Assembly (NCBI GenBank): GCA_036172245.1
Contig: JAYWIR010000007.1
Span: 3,162,001 to 3,226,000 of the forward strand
Source of the DNA: Raillietiella orientalis
Lineage: Eukaryota
Direction of reading: 5' to 3'
Length of the DNA stretch: 64,000 bases
This document shows positions 1 to 12,799 of this stretch, piece by piece (position 1 is the stretch's first letter; each line of letters starts with the position of its first letter). The translations under genes and the position numbers were made by a program. A model generated the notes under the pieces. That model was not told the DNA's origin. It worked only from the letters and a program-made list of their open reading frames with translations, and made no database searches.

Positions 1-429
1 GGGAACGTTCGAAATTCGGTTTCAGCCGCCCAAGAACTTTCCTTGAACTTTCCAAACAAAAGCGAAGAAGGCTGTCCTCTCTTCCTCTGTGGCATGAGTT
101 AGCAGAGAGCATTCAGCCTGGGCTGGAGAGATGTCGATTGCAAAAGACAGATTCCACATGGAATGTTCCGCTGTCTGTCCACAGGGAGGAGCAGATTTTC
201 CTGTTTGTGTCCCTTGAGAACCGGAAGGGAAGAAGGAGAGAATTTCAAGCTGGAAACCGGGTCGATTCATTTTCAGGACTTCCGAAACGCAACTTGTCAG
301 ACCATGAGATCGCCGCTCATGGTGAACAGGCGTAAACAAAAAGTAGGCTGGCGACTTCTCTCTGCTGTTTCCACACGCCGCCCGAAAGCAACACCTACAC
401 GGGCTTTGAAAGACTCCTTAGCGCCGGAC

Positions 430-2850
430 TTAGTTGTTTGTGGAGACAGCTATAGAAATGGAGGATTCATCTTCTGCTTTCGCGGTGCCAAACAAGCGGC
501 ACGCGCTGCAACTCTCATCTCCTGTGGGTCTTTTGATTTTTTTTCCGTGTGTAGGAACAGATGTCTCAGTTTCGTAGGGAGCGGGGAACACAGGTCTTCC
601 GGCGAGGAGATGTAGCGTCCAAAATTTCATCATTACAGAGTAACCTCTGCATGTTCAGGACGTCGTCATCGATTATGCTGCATCTTTTGCCAGCTGGGTT
701 TCCCAAGCAACCAGGAACCATTGGCGGCTACATTTAAGATGTCGGTCTGCGATTTGCGGCTGGAGAGAGCGAACAGGTCCTTTTCACAGATGGTGCGTTG
801 AAAGAAAGCCGCTATCAGGGGAAGATGATGATGATGACCACATTCGGAGACAACAGACTGAAGTCATTTTTTCGTTCAGGCTGTTGGTTCCTCGCGAAAG
901 TCACGTGAACATGGCAAGAAAAGGTTGCGTGCATTTCCAGGCAGTCGATGTTATCATCAATGAGCAAATCTTGTAAAAAGCGGCTGTCGAGCCTGCAATT
1001 TCAGTAAAAATTCGTCGATATTTCTTGGAAAAACGCCAAAACAAACATCTCAATGCGATGATGTAAGATTGATGCTATTGTTCGTGAGTATTTTCTTTTT
1101 CCTTTTTCCACAAGTCTTGGAGAAATTCAGTGCCTGGTTTACTGTCGAAACTGCGGCTGCGCCATTTTTTGGGGAACTTCCCGTTTCCAGACTACATGGG
1201 AAAAAATAGGGGGCTTTTGTCGTCTTTGCACCTCGGTAATAAATTCAACGCGCGCTCTAGATGAGTAAATCATTGAGGAATATATTTTACCCACATTTTA
1301 AGCGCTTCCTTGAGTATCCTTCGAAACTACGATCTATAAGTTGGCTCTTCTGGATCGTGCCGTGATTCGAGTGCTGAGATTAGTCGTTCAGCATCAGGTG
1401 AGTGTTTGCAATAGCTCGAAGATCACTCGAATATTGTCCCACATGCAGCCTTTGAACCGCCATCTTTCACTGGCAAGGACGGCTGATTTGAAAACCATCA
1501 TGGGAACCACACGCCTTAAGATACTTTGACTCCATTTTATAAAATTGCCTTCACATATTGACAAGCTTTGAGTACGGGTTCAGAAGAGTTTCCGGAGCCC
1601 AACCTGATAAGATTTCTCCAGTGAGATACTAATCTCCGAGCAAAATGCTGAGAATAATTCTCATTCGGTTTATCCCGCTCCATTATGTATCGCATGGACA
1701 ATGCAATACTGCAACATAACACGTTGTGTTTACTGTATCTGTAGAATCTGAATGTAATTTGCAGAAGGTGACAGTGCATCACAGGGGAATGTTCTTTTCT
1801 CCATCACTTTCCACAGGTGGCATTCTTGGTGATCGGAAAGGTGTTCGGGTTCGATGTTTGTTTCACGAAAAGGACACCTTTTTTTGATTTCAAGGCGATA
1901 GAACGGAGTTTTGCCTGAATGTCGAAGCGTTGATCGTTACAACCGGTACTCTTGCCGATGTTGCAACAGCTGCTGGGATGTTCCTTTGCTGGCACTTCAT
2001 CGCGAGCAGAGATGACTAAACGCTGCTGCTGCTAGACTCCGGGCCAACGAGCTACCCATCCACGCTGCTAAAGGCCCAACTCGAGGAGCAAGAGCGTCAC
2101 TCCGCTGGAAGACTTGCGACGCTGTGAGGAACGTTAGAGCACTGTAAAGTGGTTAAAAGGAACAAGTTCCAGATACAAACAGTCGCTTCCGGAGCTACTT
2201 CAAATTTTAAGAAGAACTTAAAGCAGCACTTTAACCGGCGTTCAAATTTAAAAATATCTTTCGGAAAACGAAACCACTGGAGATTTCCTGTCTGGAATCG
2301 AGCTTGGGTTCCATTTACCGAGAGTGTGCTTCGGGAAGGGTACTTCATGTCCCTCCTTTCCGTCTGGACAGCGCGAGGGAGCACACTGTGCTTTCCCCGA
2401 ACAGGAAAATTCCTTTGAAATGATCTCTACTGCCGTTGGTCCACCGCAGCTTCCTCCTGATTCCATCACAGATATCTCTAGGACGCATTGCCATTGATGA
2501 ATGTCCAAGAAGCATCTCTTGACATTTTTTCATTCCCCGGTACCTTCAAATCCTGCTTAGCTCCTTTGGAGAATCTTCCATTTTTGAAGAGGAAGATGCT
2601 ATTTTGGAACCTAAGGGTATTGCGAAAGTGGTGGAAAACGGACGGCCACGCCAGCGTGATCGATGATGAAGACCGGTATTTGAAAAACAAGGCGGTGCCT
2701 CCTCGAAACCAAACATCGGCAAGAAACACGAATCAACCGTCGACACTTCGGATGATCAGGGTGAGTGTTCGAGGACCAGACTTTGCTTCCCCTTTCATGT
2801 CGCGGTTCCAACGTGCCTCTACCGAACGCGAGAGCTTGCCAGAGCATCTC
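430..2850 (-). mobile_element. Decayed non-LTR retrotransposon (LINE) ORF2 fossil, APE endonuclease through RT
   Basis: Colinear residual motifs on the minus strand. RGGTALFFK (~2700) resembles APE GGGVAL. SLETG/KFPKKWR across a frameshift (~1150-1200) resembles SLxTGxFPxxWK. ETSVPTHG...CRLFG..AEDE (~470-570) resembles SGVPQG...LFADD. Many stops and frameshifts. Lies in the GPCR intron. Confidence 0.45.
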
Positions 2851-5449
2851 TGTTCCTCAGATTAGGAAATCGGAAGAATGTGCACCGGACTACTCCGTCC
2901 GAACTTCCGTCCAGGATGCCTCTTTCATCTTTTTCATTATGGCAGCGAAGTCTTTCCATGGTCGCAGAAAGAAAAAGAAATGTTCCCGCGAAGTTGTGGG
3001 GAATCGAGATGACTGCGGCGAGCAGTCGCCAAAGGGAGCACGACACCACCATCCACCAGAAGAGACCATCGCTGAACGTTGGGAAACTCGGAGCAGGAAA
3101 AGCCGAGATCTAAACAAAACCCGGACGGCAGGGTGTAGGAATGGTAGAAACCGTGGAGCAGCGTGTTGGGATCGTGAACAAGGTAATCTGCAACGTCACC
3201 CAGAAATGCTGCACAGGCCGATTGAGCCTGGGGGGTCTCTTCTCTGAAGATCTTTTCGAAATTACAGCCACCTGAATGATCGCTTATTACTTAATTAATT
3301 AGGGGGACGCGCACAACCCTTGACAATTCCGGAACCGCTCAGACGCAACCGAGGGCGCGTGCCGTGGAAACCCCCTCTAAAGCGCTCCTCGAGGCGATGC
3401 ATCGCACGGGGATCGGAAGAACGTTGTCTTCCACGGCTGCACTGACGCACCCTTCCCGCGCGTAACCCCGCGGCTCTCCCGTTCCGCTGCTGCGAGCCAT
3501 AAACGGTCTGCGCTCGCTTGTCCTCCCGCGCGCATCTGGGGTTCTCTTCGAAGGACCCCAGCGACGGTCGACGGCTTCGGCTGGCTTCCGGAGAACACGG
3601 AAAGCCTTTAAAAATCCTTCTGCCCTAGAGTCAGCTCTCTACAATTCCAGGACTTCTTGATAGTGGAAAAACAGCATGCATATCTACACGCACCACAATC
3701 CACCCAAGACTGCTGGACTGCTGGCCAACCTACAAGAAGCCAGTTCCATTGTCTTGTGGATCCGCAGGGCACTCCGCGAAACGGAAACACCTACTGGAGC
3801 GAACGCGGAGGGCCGGGCTGGCCACGCGGAACTGCGTGTGGGGAGTAAGATCGGGTGCCGAGTACTTGAGGAGAGGGAAAGGTGGGAACCACTAGGGAGG
3901 CGGCACGGAAACCTGTGGTAGGGACGCTCACCATGAGAGGGCTGGACATGAAAGATTTCTGACGCATTTCCACACTGTCTGCTGGAAAGAATCAGTGACG
4001 CTTTAGAGGTATGTTCTGCGGCCATGGAATGTTCCTTTCCTCCCTCTCTCTCCCTGTCTCTCTACTTGGTCCAGGCTCCTTCTCGCAACTTCTCGTCTTG
4101 CCTCTTCCACAGGAACACTTCTGCCCTCTGTTAGAAGCGTTTGCCTATGTAGGCCGGCTCAGGAAACAAGCGCTTTTAGCAGGGGGCATAAGAGTTCCAG
4201 AGCAAAACAGAAAGCGTTCAGCTCGGGATATCCGAGTAGTCTTCTCAACCAGGCAACCGAGACCCATGCAAACCGAAAAAAAAACAAAATAACAAAAGCT
4301 GTTTTTGGAATTCTCCGGAGAATAAATGTCGTCCGACGGATTCTAATGTCGGCGTCACTGTAGCTGTCCCAGAAGTTTGGTGCATCCACAGGAACCAAGA
4401 AGGCACCTGATTTCAGAATCTATTGTAAGGACTTTGCGCTAAGACGAACTCATCTGCAGAGTCCTAAAAATATGGAGGGTCGGGATAAACAGCGTCCGAT
4501 AAAACAGACAAACTCCTTTTTAGAGGCTCGGATGCTAAATGACGTAGATTGTCCCGCATCACACGGAGGAATTTCATTTTCCAGCTGCCAACCAGGACGG
4601 CAGCTCTTGCTCCTTAGCGTTAAATTGGCGCGCCTGACTAAACACCCACTTTGAGGATCAGCAACCTTCCGCGTTAATGCCGCCTCCTCAGGGGGTATTC
4701 AGAGACCATTAACAGGTCCTTGGAAGACTGGGATAACCAGGACGAAAGCGAGATTTGAAGCACGGAAAAGCTGATTTTAGGCAGTGACTCTTGGTTTATA
4801 AGAACTCTGCGATAAGAGAGCTCCGAATGCTCCGCTTCTTCCACGTGGAAAGCCATCGGCTTCGTTCTCAACGAAAAGAAGAAGGAAACATTCTCTTGAT
4901 TTGTGTTCGTACTGCAGGCCAAGTCAGTAGCAGCTTTCTGATGAGTTTTATCTGAAAAGTAGGTGTTTGCATCCCCCACCTCTCCCTCCTCTTTTCCAGC
5001 CACTGGACTTTCTGAAGCCAGAAGGTTCCAAAAAATAAACATGGAATCATGGAATGGGAGGATGTCTGGAAAATTAGGGACGCCAATCACACAGCGGAGC
5101 GGACTTTAGCCTGTTGCTGATGGACCGAATGAGAAAGAGAAGGAAGCTCTTCAGCACGAGTCAGATAGCGGAACTGCTTTCAGGAATTTTTCCAAGCTGG
5201 CTTGATTTTTCTCGTGAGATTGCCTCTTAGCGTGGGCGCGTATGAGTTTTCCTTTTAAATTTCGTCCTGGCATTAAAGAGAAGGAGAAGAGAACTTAGGA
5301 TGTTCCGGTCGCACTTTGTTTAGCGTAAGGGGCAAAATGGAACTTTGCGATTCGGGACTCAAAAGCTGCTCGCATCCACCCGACCCCCCATTATGAGCAA
5401 TCTGGATCCCAGGAGGAATTTTCACGGCATCGATTCTCTGGAAGTGTCT

Positions 5450-6280
5450 AAACATTTCATTTGATAATGATGATGGGTGACTGATGTCCGTGATATCTCT
5501 GGTCAATGATGAAATGCTTGGGATGAATCATGAAATCCGCTTTTGTTTCCCCCTTTGCTACTTTGGCTATTAAGGGAATGACATGACACAAATCTGGAAA
5601 ATGCCTTGTACTTGCAAAGCAGTCTTGAGCTCATTCATGCAAGCAAGAAATGCATCAACCATTAAATAGCCATGGTGTGTGACAGTGCATTTTGGTTGTT
5701 GAATGAAATCGCGTTCCTTGGTAGAGAAAGGTGCATTTACGTCTCTAAGCATTCCATCACCTGCCCTGAAGAAACGTTAATCGAGTAGCTGATGATGAGA
5801 GCGAAGTTGAAATCGATCGATAGAATGCTACATAGAGAGTAAGATTCGGAGCTATATCCTATGTGTGAGCAATCAATTGGTGGAACGCAGTGAGAACTGT
5901 GTCCATCTCCTTAGATACATCAATCCACTCCTGATAAGTATGCCTGCTAAACATGGATGCTGAACACACGGAAATGTTTCGATCTCATGCCGCCATGGGT
6001 GGAAAAGCACTCGCAAATTTTTGTTTTGCTCCATTACCCATCAAATCATTTATCGGAGAATAAGGAGGGCGGGTGAGATTATGATGCTGCGAACGAATGC
6101 ACGCTGGCCATTATGAACGTTCAGCTGAGATGAACTTCTACAAATAAAATCTGAACGGCTGCATCCACAAGTGCTTTTGAGGCGATTACTAAAAATCATT
6201 AATCGTTGAGTTATTTTAGTTCTTGGAATGTTGCTCAATGCCTTATTCTCGTCCACTGCTTGTAACTTCGAATCCATGAA
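5450..6280 (-). mobile_element. Decayed pogo/Tigger-like (HTH_psq + DDE_1) transposase fossil
   Basis: KLQAVDENKALSNIPRTKITQRL (ORF 6050..6277) resembles the pipsqueak HTH. CTVTHHGYLMVDAFLACMNELKTAL (ORF 5570..5752) resembles SGWMxxExFxxW. HGHQS near 5480 resembles DGHxSH. The order is correct. Confidence 0.5.
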
Positions 6281-7149
6281 AGAGAGAGTCTCTCCCCCAA
6301 GAAGCTGAAAAATTCAACTCTGAACCATCCCAACAGATCATTGCGGAATGGCAGCTTGACTCAGCACATCGATTCCAAATGACTAAATAGGCAGGACGAA
6401 GCCTCCTGGAACCTGGATCTTTAGCAGTCCTCGAGTAACGATCTTCAGCGCATTAGTCAGTTGGAGATGGTGACAAGCACTTCTTGAACTGTTCCTCGGA
6501 ACTGCCTTCTGCCTTTTTTGTTCTTCGTTTTCAGAATTAAACAGTCGCTCATCATTCCACCAGTCTGCTTTTGGGTGACTCTGCATCCCAGATTGAAAGT
6601 CTTGGTAAGCAGTTTCCGAAGCACCCTCGAATACGATTTCTTGTCCAAGATAACAGGAATGTCAAACCTCTGGACAATCTGAGATGTGCTCTTCTTCCGT
6701 CCTATTGTGCGGGAATCGCTCCGCGCACTCGAAATCCTGGCAGACTCTGTTGAACGCAGGAGCCGCGCACATCACGCGATTCTTCTCACAGATGTGACCC
6801 TGACTGATGTGATTCTTTTAATTGCCTGAGGGTGTGCCTGACCACAGTCATATAAGAACGGTCCCAACCATCGGAAGTGGTTGTCCAGAATGTGGGCGCG
6901 AACAACAAACTTCATACAGACAAAGGTTTGAGTGAATCTTCAAAAGAACGTGTGCGCTGCTGACTTCTGTTGGAGGGTCATGCATTTAGCAGGAAAGGCC
7001 AAGGTTTCCTAAGAAGCGAATGTCTCTAGTTCCTTTCGGAAGTGCCAATTGTCTTCAAAGTGGAAACGATTGTCATGGAATGGCCGCTCACGATGACCAC
7101 TCGAGGGGAAAGTTAAGAAGCTGTGATGACGTCATGGGAAGAACTTGGT

Positions 7150-7950
7150 ACGGCCTTCTTCTCTTATTGTTGCTCTCATTATGTGCGTTAGAATGACCTT
7201 TCGGAGACGCCTGGGACTTGCTCAACCTCTCAAGAGCCGCTGCCATCGCCGACTCCTGTTCTGCATCGGAAGCCGCCCGCGATCCTGCAACGACTTCGCC
7301 GACCCGCAACCCTATGCACGAATGTGCTACCGGACCTTCTTCGGAACAGCGGCATTGCGGAAGAGACAACCACCGGTTCCCGACCACTCAGGCGTGCGTT
7401 CTGATCCCCTAAGGAGGCCAGGTTATAATGTCCCTCTTCTGTGTGTGGTCTCCTGGTTGGCCCTGGGACCTTCTAGGCGAACAGACCGCGAGTTCTGAGG
7501 CCTCCAGAGGAGTGCCGTCGCGGTCCCTTTCTTCGACCACTCGTGCGCAGGCACGCCATCGCTGGCGGCGCTCTCGGAGTGAGCGGCTTCCCGCGCTCTG
7601 GAGGAGGTACGGTTCGCTGCCGTGGACTCGGGGAAGGAAGCCTAGGTGCACCCGTTCGGGAGCGGCTCCATTTGGAGGAGGGGGAAGCTGCCGTCCCTTT
7701 CCAGGTTTCCGGGAGGTGGCTGCACGTGAGGGTTGGTCGCGCCCGACGCGAGAGCTGCCCTCGGTCTGGTGTTCTCCCCATCTCCGAGCATTTCGTACTT
7801 GTCGCCTGAGAGAGGACCTTTGCGAAGACGTTGCCTCAGCGGACGACGCCCGGCTACCCGTCCTCGCTGCGACCAACGACGATCGGACGGAGGAAGCCAG
7901 TAGCCGCACAGATCAGACCGGCACCACGCTCTGGTGCAATGGGGCGGCGG
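7150..7950 (+). mobile_element. Decayed LINE APE endonuclease fossil
   Basis: GKEA*VHPFGSGSIWRRGKL resembles GDFNAxHPxWGS..RG. It is followed by RPTRELP...PHLRAF and ASADDARLPVL, resembling PTR...LD and SDHLPV. Confidence 0.4.
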
Positions 7951-8577
7951 TGCTGCCTCATCAGAGCAGCTCTGAGGTCTCCCAGACAGCCTCCCTTCTG
8001 ACGGCGCGGATCGTTTCCGCAGCTCCCGCCCAGGAGTGCCATGCGTGCGAGTGCTCAAGAAACGGCTCCCTCCATCCTCCAGGATCCGGTCACTTGATGA
8101 CGCCGGCAGAGTAGCCATCTCTCTTGCTCTCCCCCTACCACCTTTGGTTCTCAGTCCCGCAGCAGCCCGGGAAGGCGAAACAAAAGAGACCCCAGGGACA
8201 TCAGTTTTCGAGAGTGATTGGAATCGAGACTCGCTGTACTGTTGGTGGAGGCACAGAATTTTCATTGGATATCCCTTTTCAGAGGTTACTCGAACCTTAT
8301 TTTGTGGCAGAGGCATTCTACGTTCTAGGTTTCCCCACGACCGCCGCTTCCTCTCTACACTGCTAGCAAGTTGCCTGCCTACTTCAGGAATGAACTCGAC
8401 CTCATGAATCATTGAGAGTCCTCCAAGAGTGCGCCTCACGTGCCTCACCTTAGTTTTGTCGCAGGGAGGTAAAGGGACTTTCAGAAGCAATGCACACTGC
8501 CTCACAAGGAATCGTAGGGCGGTTTCTTACGAGACAGACTTACCCGGAACCAAAGCAAATTGAGTTAGTCCTCTTAC

Positions 8578-9348
8578 CTGCATCTTCGCCTTTTGAGACT
8601 TCCGTGACTTCCGGAAGTTTTCCCTGGATTCGTTCGAATGTTCCATCGCCTCCTCGTTGCCAAGCTGCACGTTGTGAGACAGAAGAATTCGGATAATGAG
8701 TCCGTAGAGGACGCACGAAATCGACAAGGGGATGATGTAGAACAGGATCAGGTCGGAGAAAAAGTACAACAAGTACTTCTCTCTGGTCAGGTTGAACGTA
8801 CAGTACACTGTGTCTTCCTCGATGTATTTCACTGGCTTCGTGGTGGTGAGTCCCAACCATGGCATCGAGTAGCACAGGGAGAAGATCCACACTGCGTAAA
8901 TGATGGTTCGCGCCCTCTTCACGGTGCAGATCGCGTGGGCCTTCATGGGCCAGCAGATGGCTATGTACCGTTCCGTGGTGAAGGCAGTCAGGCACAGGGA
9001 AGAGCAGTTGATGCTCCAGTATTGCAAAAAGGTGAAGGCCGCGCAGCCGAATCGACCGTACAACCACTTGTTCCCGATGAGATAGTAGCTCAGGACTTCG
9101 TTAGGCACGGAGGACAGGAGCACCAGACAGTCTGCGACGGCCAGACTGAACAAGTAACAGTTGGTCGTGGTGTGCATGCTTCTAGTGATCTTCAGCACGA
9201 TGCAGACGAGAATGTTCCCCGACACGCCGAGGGAGAAGATGGACAGCTGGAAAAAGGTACCGATTCCCCGGTAGATGTAGCTGTAATATTGGGACTGCTC
9301 GTAAGGGACGTTGGAACTGAAGGAATCGTTCGTAAATGAATTCTCCAT
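8578..9348 (-). CDS. TRHR: Thyrotropin-releasing hormone receptor-like GPCR (probable arthropod EFLamide/TRH-type receptor), coding exon for N-terminus, TM1-TM5 and ICL3
   Basis: 257 codons with class A motifs GNILV, TNCYLFSLAVAD, LQYWSINCSSLCLTAFTTERYIAICWPMKA, VWIFSLCYSMPWL and FYIIPL; N-glycosylation sequon NDS. Ends ...KAKMQ at a CAG|GTAAGA phase-0 donor (intron starts 8577). The symbol denotes the family-level orthologue. Confidence 0.93.
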
Positions 9349-9379
9349 CCCCTGATGAATGTTTTTTCCAATTCGCCTT

Positions 9380-9410
9380 CTAAAAAGAAAAAGAATAAAG
9401 AATAAAAACT
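9380..9410 (-). other. Splice acceptor upstream of the GPCR coding exon (exon starts 9379)
   Basis: Minus strand reads gtttttattctttattctttttctttttAG|aaggcg: a long polypyrimidine tract plus AG, 31 nt before the ATG. Confidence 0.75.
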
Positions 9411-12400
9411 GTGGTCTTTGCGGAAAATTTCAAAGAACTGGCAACTAGGGATCGATTTGACGAGAACTCTGAGGCCCTTACAAGAAGAACCCTTTTTCAA
9501 TATTCGGATCTCACCCAGCATCTTTTACGAGTACAAAAAGAAAGCGCGGTAGGTCGGTAAGCCGTGCTCGCATTCACCGGCCATCGGAAGGTTCCGTCGT
9601 CTTCTGAGGCTTCAAACGAGGCCCTCCAGTGCTTTGTGACGTAAGCGTCACCCTTTCAAGCGAAAGAGGATGCTGGCATCTTTTTCTTTCTCTTGAAATT
9701 CTTTAAGAGCAACAAACACCTCTTTCGCGAGCATCTCCTCTCAGCCTTGTCACGTGATGCCAAGCAGCCAAGCATGCTTTCTGGTTTCCGCAAACTTCAT
9801 CTCTTACCCGATCCCTAATCCCTTTGTTCTATTTTAAATTACAAAAACTCCCTCTTCCTCTTCTTTACTGGTTTCGCTAAAGTCGAAAAGACTGGCAGCA
9901 AATCCTCTTTCTCCTTTGACACTTTACCGAACGGACAGGGACTCTCGGGTGCTCAGCCGCTGGTCATTCAAAGCAGCACCCATGGAGCTGCGTGCACGAA
10001 TGTTTTAATGGATGAGGGATGCTTTTCACTTCCTGATTGTGCATGTTTTGCAGGAGAGAGTTGCATCAAGAGAACGGCATGACTTCCATCTGAAGGATAA
10101 TTTTGAAGGTCCAATGGAGGGTAGCGGCACTGGAGGGGCCTGACCCGTCACTCTCTGCTTTGCCTGGCTACCTGCAACGATGATCTCGACTTCACTTATG
10201 CTCACTTTCAGCGGACGCACGGCAAAGCGTCCGCCCATGAATTCTGTCCCTATGGGTTCTTCCTTTGCCGTGAAACGGTGGAGGAATCAAGGTGGCAAGT
10301 CTTTGCGATCACTGGTAGCGACCGGTCGCTCGTGTTTCTTGAGTGCGTTACGACCACTTCTCGTTTTCTCGGGGATTTGCAGCTCTCCCTGCTGATTTCC
10401 GACCAAACTCTCAGCAGTCTTCCGCAAGTTCGAGGACCACACAGCTTTTAGCGGCAGGCTGCCCAAACTTCGCAGCAGCGGGGATGTGACGAGGCCGGCA
10501 ATGCACAGATTAGCAAACAGATGCCCTGATTATCTGATTACCGATACCAGAAAACCTTGAACCTCCTCGTCTCAAGATCGGAAACGTCTGAAGGGAAAGA
10601 AAAGGACAAAAAGGGATCTGGAAGACTGCTTCGTTGAAGAATCACGAGTCACTTGGAATGCAGGGGAAAAGGAAGCTCGTGTTTGCTTCCTGACTAGGAA
10701 CAAAGACTGGTCGTTCCGAGAAAGACGAAGACATTAAATTCGAAATGCCTCAAGGCCGGATTGAGGGAAGAGGAGAAGGAACCCGGAAGTCGCGCGAAGG
10801 GAAACATCGAAGAAATTGGCAGAAGACGGGGGGGTGCAAAAATATTAGGCAGTGGGCGCGTACCACTCCTCAAAGGCTTCCTTATAGCCACTTCTATGTT
10901 TCCCGAAATCCAGGAAACTGGAAATAACGAAAACCCGAACGGGAGGAGCGTTTCTTGCACGCGATATTTCATTCCTCCCGTTCACGAGGCAACAACTTTA
11001 AGAGGTGGAGACACTGGGAGTGCAATAGTTACCCTCTTAACCCTGCCTGTCTTCCCCCATTCTTCAGACACGAAAGCGAATGAGCAGAGAGCGGAGGAGC
11101 TGAAGACATCGCACAAGACCGCTCCATTACAGACGAACGGCTTCTCAAGCTGAGACCACGTCTTGAAGCCGCGGAAGCGACTTTCCGGACTTTACGTCTT
11201 GCTTGCATAGTGAATGCTGCGTTCGCTTCTAGCGCTGCACCCGGAAATTCAGAGAAGCAGCTTGAAGGAGCAGCAGGAGGATGGCAAAACACAAACCGCA
11301 AGTGTAGAAGCGATTGCAGCAGCATGAAGGTCATTGGGCAGAGGTTCTTTTGGAAGTGCACCCCGCCCCCCCAAGATCGAAAGCGGCAAATATCGAGTCG
11401 GCAGAGCAAAAAAAAGTGACGATGATCTCGAGGATGAGCGGAGGAACATTCTTACAGAATAAGAGATAATTCTGAGCCTGGAATCAAACTATTCAATCGC
11501 AACGTACTGGGGAGAACGCAAGTCCTCTCTCCAGGACGTTGCGAACCGCTCGCCGCTGTCGTTTCGAATTTGGTCCACTTCCTTATTGCGGCTAACGACC
11601 CAGATTCTTCTCCAGCCATGCAGCAAGTTCAAGCGTCTGGTTTTGTACGCCTCCTCCGACGGAATCTCAAGGGGAATCAGAGTAGAATTCACTGCGCTTC
11701 CGATTTGGTTGGAAAGAGGAAGAGAGGAGACGAGAGTGAACTCTGAACGTATAAAAGTCTTCGATAGCACGACCATGGCTTCCCGTATCGGATCGCCGAT
11801 CCCTATAACTAGTTGTCAGAGCCTGCAAAATCTCTTGCTTTTTCTCTCTCCCTCTTTCTCTGTCCCTGAAGAGGCTGAGCCTCCTCAGAGCTCCTGAGGG
11901 GACGATTTTCAGCCGAACGCTGTGTTGGATGAACACATGTTCGTGCAACACGTGGTTCCCACTGATTGCTTCATCTTGCAGTGCTTGTTAGTGCGTTCAC
12001 TGCGTGGTACATGCAAAGCTCAACCTACTTGTCTCTCCGTCAGCTACCCGTAAAGATTGCACATTCCACATTGCTCGCACATTGTATTCCACAATGGAGA
12101 GTTACCCTTGCCCCATTCTAAAGGCTGCCTTCGTATTTATATGGAAGTTTTCGGTAGAATCTCCTTCCTTCTAGAACTCTCTGTTTACATGCGCGAGGCC
12201 GTCCGGGCAACCAGCACCCCTCATCCTCTCTCTCAGACTTGTCTTCTAACGGGAAATCTTCGACTTTTCCCAGCTAATTGGTGATGCCTTTTTTCTCCAT
12301 TCGACCTCATCCATGTGCCTGAGGATGAACGGTTGTGCTGAATTCTTTCTATGAGCAAGTACGTGAATAAAGCATCTCAGCTCCGTCTTGAAGAAATCGA

Positions 12401-12799
12401 GTGCCCCCCTTTCGTCTGGAGGTGTCTTGCGCATTGGTGGACTCTTCGTCTCCACCTCCTTGACTTCCTCTGCAGCCAGAATCGTGGAGTCCGCTCTTTG
12501 CGGACACACATGAAGATATCATTGCCCCCCTCTTCGGACAGGAATCCTCCTTATTGAACTCCTGGTTGGCGTCTGTGTTTGAGGAATGAAGAAAGGCCGT
12601 CCGGATATGCCAAGGAGATTCCTCACTTCTCCATCAAGGAAAGAAGCAAAAAATGATGCAAGGAGATCTTTAACAAGAAGTTCCTTGCAGCTATTCCTGA
12701 GTTATTCTTTCGCAGAGATTTCTGCTTCTCATAGCATGAATTGCAGGAGCACAAAACGTAAAGTTGCATCTAAAAGATGACGGGCAGTGGAACATCTGC

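Noticed and set aside
3650..3900. Possible LINE APE remnant (LHAPQS, IVLW)
   Set aside because: Motifs too weak to call.
4930..4970. CTGATGA hammerhead-like core (similar cores at ~13028 on the minus strand and elsewhere)
   Set aside because: No properly closed stem II followed by GAAA and stem III.
7642..8505. 287-aa minus-strand ORF directly after the GPCR exon
   Set aside because: No transmembrane segments or GPCR motifs. It is intronic and partly antisense to a GC-rich LINE fossil.
8638..9339. 233-aa plus-strand ORF
   Set aside because: Antisense shadow of the GPCR exon.
9515..9521. ATGCTGG|GTGAGA as an upstream coding micro-exon of the GPCR
   Set aside because: Splicing to the 9379 acceptor would be out of frame with the receptor.
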